64,000 nt of DNA from Candidatus Dadabacteria bacterium (GTDB lineage Bacteria; Desulfobacterota_D; UBA1144; Nemesobacterales; Nemesobacteraceae). Every line of letters begins with the position of its first letter. Position 1 is the first letter of the stretch. The notes beneath the pieces are model-generated. The model made no database searches. It saw nothing but the letters and a program-made list of their open reading frames with translations, and had not been told where the DNA came from. A program made the translations under genes and the position numbers. Shown piece by piece: positions 32,319 through 38,620 of the stretch. Location of the stretch: contig CATOTB010000002.1 of NCBI GenBank assembly GCA_951812945.1, positions 27,238-91,237 on the forward strand. Reading direction: 5' to 3'.

Positions 32319-33572
32319 CTAGATATGCTTTCTCAAGAAAACAGCCGAGAACAAGACAGACGCTATCAGGAGCAGGTTAAGCAAAGTGCTTTGAGGCGTA
32401 TTGGCGGTTGCGGCGATTGCGCACCCTTCGTCATCCTCGTCGTCGAGATAAATTCCTGAACCGACGATACGCCAAGACGGGGGAACACCCAAAGCGGTAA
32501 ACTCAGGTGGTGTTACGTCTACCACCTCAATATAGCTTTTCTTTATGGAGAAGCCGGGAACTTCATTTTTTTCGAGATAGCCCTCGTTGTTGTCCTCAGG
32601 AGTCTCGGGATGGTCCCAATGATACGTGACGAAACCGCTGTTTCCCTCTGCTAAATCTGCGAGGTCTCCGCTTCCGTTCGTTGTTGCATTAATAAAAGCT
32701 TCCAGAATATTTGCTCCGTCGCGCTGAATCGGGTCAGGATCGGTTAATGAAATACTTAGGCCGTAAAGATGGAAATCGAGTCCGTTTATAGTTGCGACGC
32801 CTTCAACCGGATCCAGCATGAAGGAGTATATAGAACCCTCCCTGTAATCTCCCTTGGCGAGACAGCCTGTTGTCCTGAGAGCTATCTGGACAGATTTTTC
32901 CCCGAGTTCTTCCCCCGCAGACTGTCTCTCTTCCGGTGTGCCTCCTGCGGCAAGGAAGACGAGTTGAGGGTCATCTCTGAGTAGCTGCAATCCTATCCTG
33001 CCCTGGCGCACTTTGAGTTTCTCGGCAACTGCTTTTACATATTGCACGAGAAGCCCTTCCTTTTCTTCCGGGTCTTGCTCATCGTTGACCCGCTTTGCGG
33101 TGACGGGAAGGCTGAACAGAGGGTCATCGCAGTTAGGATTGTCCCTCTCGACTAGATTGTAGTCATCCTTTGCGTGATGAAGACCCACTACATTGACTGT
33201 ACGACCGCCGGCAGAAAAGACATCCACACTCATTGCACACGCCACTCTGTCTTGTCCGTCATGGTGGTAATTCACACACGTCGGAGTATCCTCGCTGTCG
33301 AGCAGTGTCTGCACAGTTTCGGTCGTCATGCCGCTCCCATCTCTAAATTCGAAAGAAGCGAGATACTTGCTGAAATGCAAGTCGGAATACAACCCGTGAT
33401 TTACTATATATCCCTCGGGGTTTATAAGAATGGAGTAGACTTCGCCGTTATTGAAGACCCCTTGTTCCCTCGCCCGTTGTCCCAATATTACCAGTTCTTT
33501 GGCTTGCTCCGGGCGACTAAGGCTTGAGCCCTCCTGAATCAGGGTAATGTGCTTCGCGAAGTGACGAGCCAT
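32319..33572 (-). CDS. Extracytoplasmic cache-like (sCache_2-like) domain protein with a C-terminal hydrophobic anchor; the 5' end appears frameshifted (likely true start GTG at 33742)
   Basis: GFVTYHWDHPE...KKSYIEVV...WRIVGSGIYLDDED resembles the sCache_2 signature. C-terminal GC...TM helix...RKHI. The upstream reading frame stays open to 33732 but has no start codon. GGAGAGG-GTG sits in another frame. Confidence 0.6.
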   Translation of the reverse strand: MARHFAKHITLIQEGSSLSRPEQAKELVILGQRAREQGVFNNGEVYSILINPEGYIVNHGLYSDLHFSKYLASFEFRDGSGMTTETVQTLLDSEDTPTCVNYHHDGQDRVACAMSVDVFSAGGRTVNVVGLHHAKDDYNLVERDNPNCDDPLFSLPVTAKRVNDEQDPEEKEGLLVQYVKAVAEKLKVRQGRIGLQLLRDDPQLVFLAAGGTPEERQSAGEELGEKSVQIALRTTGCLAKGDYREGSIYSFMLDPVEGVATINGLDFHLYGLSISLTDPDPIQRDGANILEAFINATTNGSGDLADLAEGNSGFVTYHWDHPETPEDNNEGYLEKNEVPGFSIKKSYIEVVDVTPPEFTALGVPPSWRIVGSGIYLDDEDDEGCAIAATANTPQSTLLNLLLIASVLFSAVFLRKHI

Positions 33573-33767
33573 TTTCTCTATGGAATCCGCATCTCCAACA
33601 CCGACGCTTTCCGCATTTATGTCAAGGTCTGGACTGTGGGAATAACCCCTGTATTCATGAGCGGACGCTTCGGCACCGAATAAGAAACTAACGCCAAGTG
33701 CAAAAACAAACTTAAGAAAATCCCGTGCATTTTAATCTTCACGCTAACTACCTCTCCAATAAATTTT

Positions 33768-33792
33768 GGGAATTACATACATAAATAAAAAA
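33768..33792. repeat. Left terminal inverted repeat GGGAATTACATACATAAATAAAAAA (TSD TAAATTTT at 33760-33767)
   Basis: Exact reverse complement of 36825-36849. Confidence 0.9.
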
Positions 33793-33860
33793 GGAGAATT
33801 AAAACTATATTATGGAATGGATTACATTTCGATTCACAACTAGAAAACTAGTATATATTA

Positions 33861-34127
33861 CTACTGTTGCTGTTTAAGACGATCTATTGCGTCATTTAAA
33901 ATCTTAATTATTGCATTAGGACCTTCTTTTACATAATCATCACTTGGTGTAAGAGCAATCATTGTATCTAAATAATCAAGTTCAGGATCATTATATTCAA
34001 TTACAATTGCGACTTTTATTTCTTTATTTTCAGATAGAGGTTTCACTATCACATTACTAACTGCAATTTGAATCTGCTCCGCTAATTTTCCCGCCTCATC
34101 ATTTGGTCCAGATGGCTTTTTACTCAT
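33861..34127 (-). CDS. Hypothetical 88-aa protein (transposon-borne)
   Basis: AGGAGGAG SD upstream of the ATG. No recognisable family. Oriented outward towards the cache-domain gene. Confidence 0.55.
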   Translation of the reverse strand: MSKKPSGPNDEAGKLAEQIQIAVSNVIVKPLSENKEIKVAIVIEYNDPELDYLDTMIALTPSDDYVKEGPNAIIKILNDAIDRLKQQQ

Positions 34128-34268
34128 TCGACTCCTCCTAAGTTTTTTTAGAATATATCACTCTAGCCAACCTGTTCTTTCTGTCAAACATGTAAACTAA
34201 ACCCCCTCTAACTATTGACTTTTTCGTATTATTAGGTATACTTAGTACCACAATAAACGAGAAGTCAA

Positions 34269-35198
34269 ATGAGTAAAACAACCATAAGTGAATATAGCTT
34301 TCTAGAGAGATTCAACACCGAGGAAAAGGCAGTTGAGTTCTTTGAGATGTTAAGATGGAAAGGGGGAACAACCTGCCCTAGTTGCGGAGGAACTGACACA
34401 TACCCTCACAAGACAAGAAAGTTCTATTACCATTGCCGATCCCCCAAGTGCCGTAACCAATTCTCTTGCAAGACTGGAACTGTTATGCAGTCAAGTAAGC
34501 TCCCTGTCAGAATGTGGCTTTATGCTATGTATAAAGTCAGTATAGCGAGGAAAGGCATAAGCAGTCTCCAGTTAGCAAAGCAACTCGGTATCACTCAAAA
34601 GACTTCTTGGTTTATGATTCAGAGGATTAAAGAGGCTTGCGGGAATGACACCGATACAATGCTTTCCGGCATAGTTGAGATTGACGAAACCTATGTGGGA
34701 GGACTTGAAAGAAACAAGCACGAATCAAAGAAACTCAATGAAGGGCGTGGGGTAGTGGGGAAAGCTCCTGTACTCGGCATAAGGGAAAGAGGGGGGAAGG
34801 TGAAGGTTAAAGTGGTAGAAGACAGGAGAGCAGAAACCCTTAAAAGAGAGATAGCCGGGATAGTTGAAAAAGGCTCTATAGTTTTCACTGATGATTGGAA
34901 GTCCTACAACTGCCTTATTGACTCTGATTATGAACACGCCACTGTAAACCATTCGGCAAAAGAGTTTGTACGCGGGATGGCCTCTACAAACGGAATTGAG
35001 AGTGTTTGGGCCGTGCTTAAAAGAAGTATCATAGGAACCTATCATCACGTAAGCCTGAAACATCTACATCGTTACGTAAATGAGGCTGCCTTCCGTCTTA
35101 ATGAAGGGAATGTCAAGAATAAGCTAATGGACCGGCTAGAGGCCCTTTGCTGCAAGATGGTAGGGGTAACTCTTCCCTATAGAGCATTAACCGCATAA
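34269..35198 (+). CDS. IS1595-family (ISXO2-like) DDE transposase with N-terminal Zn ribbon
   Basis: CPSCGG...YHCRSPKCRNQFS Zn ribbon. EIDETYVGG, FTDDWKSY and NGIESVWAVLKR motifs. TTGACT-16-TATACT promoter at 34215-34242. Confidence 0.9.
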   Translation: MSKTTISEYSFLERFNTEEKAVEFFEMLRWKGGTTCPSCGGTDTYPHKTRKFYYHCRSPKCRNQFSCKTGTVMQSSKLPVRMWLYAMYKVSIARKGISSLQLAKQLGITQKTSWFMIQRIKEACGNDTDTMLSGIVEIDETYVGGLERNKHESKKLNEGRGVVGKAPVLGIRERGGKVKVKVVEDRRAETLKREIAGIVEKGSIVFTDDWKSYNCLIDSDYEHATVNHSAKEFVRGMASTNGIESVWAVLKRSIIGTYHHVSLKHLHRYVNEAAFRLNEGNVKNKLMDRLEALCCKMVGVTLPYRALTA

Positions 35199-35214
35199 CA
35201 GAAGTTCCCTAGTT

Positions 35215-35243
35215 TTTACTTATCCCCCAATCCAAGTTATAAT
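35215..35243 (+). promoter_or_regulatory. Sigma70-like promoter TTTACT-17-TATAAT of the cargo cassette
   Basis: Hexamers at 35215-35220 and 35238-35243. The conserved leader begins about 8 nt downstream. Confidence 0.45.
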
Positions 35244-35251
35244 CTTCTCCG

Positions 35252-35350
35252 CTTATTAGTTGAAACGAACCCGCTATGTCGGGTCTCCGTGAATAAAATA
35301 CCCTTTCTAGGGGAATTAACGGTACGTCCAAACTCGTTTTGACTAATAAG
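35252..35350 (+). promoter_or_regulatory. Conserved structured 5' leader RNA, copy 2 (unclassified cis-regulatory RNA candidate)
   Basis: 15-bp closing stem CUUAUUAGUUGAAAC / GUUUUGACUAAUAAG with two G-U pairs, inner hairpin ACCCG-CUAUGU-CGGGU and CCC-N6-GGG. Homologous to 1505-1593. Confidence 0.5.
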
Positions 35351-35389
35351 CAAGGCCCGACACCCATATAAACCAAAGGGCCAAGGAAA

Positions 35390-36304
35390 ATGCTTGTTAT
35401 GAAAAGGATTTTGTCTTTATTGGCTGTACTGCTTTTTGTTGTTGGTTGTGGAGGGGGAAGCGGGAGTGATTCTAATATCCAATCTACACAAGAGCCCTCG
35501 TGTCCTGAAAATGTGGATGGATTTTCTTATCAGGATCAGAGTTCATGGCAATACGTAGAAGAGCTTTGTGATAACGGTTCCGTAGTTTCATATTCCTGTC
35601 AAAGGGAAAACGGTGGTATTGTCGCTTTTGGGGGTAACTTGGACGGGGTTTGTGAGTATCTACATGAACAGAAAACCAACCCTCAACCTATGGAGAAAAC
35701 AGGATTTGAAGCATGTCCAAGTCCAGATGAATTAACTAAGTTTGTTAATACTTTCGACCCTGTAAACAGATTCGATTCAGCACCCGTTTTAAGTTTTGCC
35801 GATAGTTCCACGGAATATCATAAACAGCTTGCTAGGGAGTCTGTATCGCTTCTAAATAGAGCTTTGCCGGATGAATATGACATTACTGAATCTGGTGTGG
35901 ATGTAGAAGGAAGCGATGGAGGAGCACTACAAGTTCCAGAAGGCGAAATTTACATACAGTTTTTCCCAGAACAACCAAATGTTCCGGTAGGACTCGCTGT
36001 AGGAAGATACATAAGGATTACAGGTGGTGCGGAACATGAGATTGGCAGGAGTTCTGCTTTACGTAAGTCCTATGTTCTTTTTATAGCACACGAGATTATG
36101 CATGTCCTAGGGTTTTCCGGGCACATAGACCTTCCAACTAATTCTATAATGATGGACGGGTTTTATATCATAGACCGTTTTGTAACTGATCGTGAATGGC
36201 CTAGAGAAGAGATACTTTCTGCTGTTGATGTATGGGGGATCAGATATTTCTACGAGGACGCAACAGGAGACCCGGAAGAATGGTTAGAAAACAGGTGTCA
36301 ATGA
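35390..36304 (+). CDS. Secreted lipoprotein with metzincin-type zinc-protease motif
   Basis: Lipobox FVVGC. HEIMHVLGFSGH (HExxHxxGxxH) followed by a possible Met-turn NSIMMDG. By homology to the 906-1322 gene the start may be the second ATG at 35399 (MKRILSLL). Confidence 0.7.
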   Translation: MLVMKRILSLLAVLLFVVGCGGGSGSDSNIQSTQEPSCPENVDGFSYQDQSSWQYVEELCDNGSVVSYSCQRENGGIVAFGGNLDGVCEYLHEQKTNPQPMEKTGFEACPSPDELTKFVNTFDPVNRFDSAPVLSFADSSTEYHKQLARESVSLLNRALPDEYDITESGVDVEGSDGGALQVPEGEIYIQFFPEQPNVPVGLAVGRYIRITGGAEHEIGRSSALRKSYVLFIAHEIMHVLGFSGHIDLPTNSIMMDGFYIIDRFVTDREWPREEILSAVDVWGIRYFYEDATGDPEEWLENRCQ

Positions 36305-36322
36305 TTAACAGGAGGAAACACA

Positions 36323-36457
36323 ATGGGAGTAGAAGTACTATTTTTGGTAATACCCTTAACTGCGTTGGGGGTTCTAGTAGGCTTTACTTGGTTAATAGTA
36401 AATGATTACAAGTCGGGGCATACAAGAAAAAGTGAAAAGTTTTTTAGTGATGATTAA
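36323..36457 (+). CDS. 44-aa single-TM peptide (hypothetical)
   Basis: AGGAGG lies 7 nt upstream. MGVEVLFLVIPLTALGVLVGFTWLIVNDYKSGHTRKSEKFFSDD. Starts 19 nt after the metzincin stop codon. Confidence 0.4.
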   Translation: MGVEVLFLVIPLTALGVLVGFTWLIVNDYKSGHTRKSEKFFSDD

Positions 36458-36472
36458 TAGGAGGAGAAAAAA

Positions 36473-36670
36473 ATGAAAAAAGAACTTACATGCTTGGATG
36501 GGTCAAAAATTGCTTTTCGTCTTCAAGAAGAACCTGATAGCGATGAGTTAATTCTTTATGTCGATGTTTATACAGAGGGTGGGTTAACATCGTCTCCAGT
36601 AGCCACCTCCGAAGCTGAAAAAGAGATTCGAGAGGCAATAATTTCGCTATTTCAAGAATATCCCCGTTAG
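36473..36670 (+). CDS. 65-aa acidic hypothetical protein
   Basis: AGGAGGAG SD upstream. A fully antisense ORF (36486-36710) also has an SD, so the coding strand is uncertain. Confidence 0.4.
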   Translation: MKKELTCLDGSKIAFRLQEEPDSDELILYVDVYTEGGLTSSPVATSEAEKEIREAIISLFQEYPR

Positions 36671-36824
36671 TTTTTTTCGGTTCATTAGATAAAGAAGAAT
36701 TTTTAGTCATTTTTTGCTCCTGTTATAATATGTTATGACAATTCTTGAGGGGTTAGTAAGAGGCTGGGTTTTCAATTGCCCCCAACCTCCTAATGGCGTA
36801 TTTCCTCCGCCAGCTAATCTCTCA

Positions 36825-36849
36825 TTTTTTATTTATGTATGTAATTCCC
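36825..36849. repeat. Right terminal inverted repeat (TSD TAAATTTT at 36850-36857)
   Basis: Exact reverse complement of 33768-33792. Confidence 0.9.
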
Positions 36850-36978
36850 TAAATTTTTTACCGCACTTAAATAACAAATGACGGCCAACAGCCACCTTAT
36901 TAAATCAAAGCTGAAGTTGAAATGCAATAAATACATAGGGGTTTCAAAAAGAGCTATTTATGGCTTAGAATAAGCCTC

Positions 36979-37794
36979 ATGCAGAAGCAGTATGATAAAA
37001 GAATAAGTCCCCTTTCGGGTATAGCAGTTTTTATCTGCTTCTTTCTCCTTATCTTCTCCGTAAGCTACACGACGGAAACCAAGGAGAATCCTCCCGACCG
37101 GACCACATTCAAGGTGCTTAACTCTTTTCCCCACGACCCTACCGCCTTTACTCAGGGATTTGTCTACAGAGACGGGTTCCTTTATGAAAGTACCGGCCTT
37201 TACGGAAAGTCATCTCTTAGGAAAATCAACCCGGCCACGGGAGAGGTGATTGCTAAGACAAGCCTCTCCCGAGAGTTCTTCGGCGAAGGCCTTACCATAC
37301 TGGGCGACAGCATATACCAGCTCACCTGGAAATCCGGACAGGGCTTCATATACGACAAGGAGAACCTGGAGCGCAAGGGATCGTTTACCTACTCCAAAGA
37401 GGGCTGGGGGCTTACCGACGACGGAGCTAGCCTCATAATGAGCGACGGAAGCGAAAAACTGTATTTTCTCTCCCCCGAGAGCTTCAGGGTAACAAAAGTC
37501 TTAAGCGTAAAAGAGGGAGGATCCCCGGTCAGGGGGCTTAACGAACTTGAATACGCAGGGGGAAAAATCTACTGCAACATATGGCATTCAGACGATATCG
37601 TGGTCGTAAACCCGGAGAGCGGTGTGGTGGAAAGACGTATAAGCCTCGGGGAATTAAGAAAAAGACTGAGCCTTCCCGAAAGAGCGGAAGTGTTAAACGG
37701 TATTGCCTGGAAATCTTCCTCCGATACCTTCTTTATCACCGGAAAACGCTGGTCCGAGGTTTTTGAGATAGAGCTTGGCCCCGTCTTCCCTTGA
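36979..37794 (+). CDS. Glutaminyl-peptide cyclotransferase (beta-propeller, plant/bacterial type)
   Basis: FTQGFVYRDGFLYESTGLYGKSSLRKI..., WGLTDDG and LNELEY...IYCNIW are typical of glutamine cyclotransferase. N-terminal TM/signal anchor present. Confidence 0.8.
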   Translation: MQKQYDKRISPLSGIAVFICFFLLIFSVSYTTETKENPPDRTTFKVLNSFPHDPTAFTQGFVYRDGFLYESTGLYGKSSLRKINPATGEVIAKTSLSREFFGEGLTILGDSIYQLTWKSGQGFIYDKENLERKGSFTYSKEGWGLTDDGASLIMSDGSEKLYFLSPESFRVTKVLSVKEGGSPVRGLNELEYAGGKIYCNIWHSDDIVVVNPESGVVERRISLGELRKRLSLPERAEVLNGIAWKSSSDTFFITGKRWSEVFEIELGPVFP

Positions 37795-37833
37795 ACCGGA
37801 AACCCAAGCGGGTAGACTCATTTTCCCTTCTGT

Positions 37834-37907
37834 GTCCCCGTAGCTCAGTTGGATAGAGCGCAGGATTCCTAATCCTGAGGCCGCAGGTTCGAATCCTGCC
37901 GGGGACG
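37834..37907 (+). tRNA. tRNA-Arg (anticodon CCU)
   Basis: Manual cloverleaf: acceptor GTCCCCG/CGGGGAC, anticodon arm CAGGA-TTCCTAA-TCCTG, T-arm GCAGG-TTCGAAT-CCTGC. CCA is not encoded. Confidence 0.9.
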
Positions 37908-37921
37908 CGCCAGCAGAAATC

Positions 37922-38614
37922 CTACGAAAAAAACTGCCTGAAGATCATCCAGATGATCTTAACCCCGGCCATAACGCTTCCCGTGATTGTTCCGGTTACC
38001 TTTGAAGTTCCTATTCTCTTCCTGTAACTCACCGGAACCTCTGTGCAGCGAAATCCTTTCTTCGCGGCCTTCACCTGCATCTCAACCGTCCATCCGAATG
38101 TTTTGTCTCTCATATCGAGGGAGAGCAGTTTGTCGTATCCTATGGCCCTGAAAGGACCGAGGTCGGTAAAGCTCACTCCGTAAAACAGTCTTATAAGCCT
38201 GGTCGCCACGTAGTTGCCCACAAGGGCCTGGGGCAAAAGAGCCCCTTTCTGCCTTTCGCCGATGGTTCTTGACCCTATGACGAGATCATAGCCCTCCTCA
38301 ATTATCTGGGAAACGAGGTCTTTCATTTCTTCCGGATAATCAGAGTAGTCCCCATCCAGAAATACTATAATATCAGGTATATACGAAGAGTTCTTAATGT
38401 AATCCATCCCCGCAAGGCAAGCTTGTCCGTAGCCCCTCCTAACTTCGTCTATGACCGTGGCTCCGCAGCCCGAGGCAACCTGCGCGGTGGAGTCGGTCGA
38501 GCCGTTATTCACGACCACTATCTCCGTTACGAGGTCCCGGGGAATATCCGAGATTACCTGTCCTATGGAGCGCTCTTCGTTAAGCGCCGGAATTATCACG
38601 ACCGTTTTTTTCAT
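37922..38614 (-). CDS. Glycosyltransferase family 2 (dolichyl-phosphate sugar synthase-like)
   Basis: VVIIPALNEE...NNGSTD...DGDYSD GT-A motifs. Confidence 0.8.
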   Translation of the reverse strand: MKKTVVIIPALNEERSIGQVISDIPRDLVTEIVVVNNGSTDSTAQVASGCGATVIDEVRRGYGQACLAGMDYIKNSSYIPDIIVFLDGDYSDYPEEMKDLVSQIIEEGYDLVIGSRTIGERQKGALLPQALVGNYVATRLIRLFYGVSFTDLGPFRAIGYDKLLSLDMRDKTFGWTVEMQVKAAKKGFRCTEVPVSYRKRIGTSKVTGTITGSVMAGVKIIWMIFRQFFS

Positions 38615-38620
38615 GGAATT

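Larger units (their letters stand above)
33768..36849 (+). mobile_element. IS1595-family transposon carrying passenger genes (3082 bp)
   Basis: Perfect 25-bp terminal inverted repeats, an 8-bp direct target duplication TAAATTTT immediately outside both ends, an intact IS1595/ISXO2-like transposase and an AT-rich interior. Confidence 0.85.
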
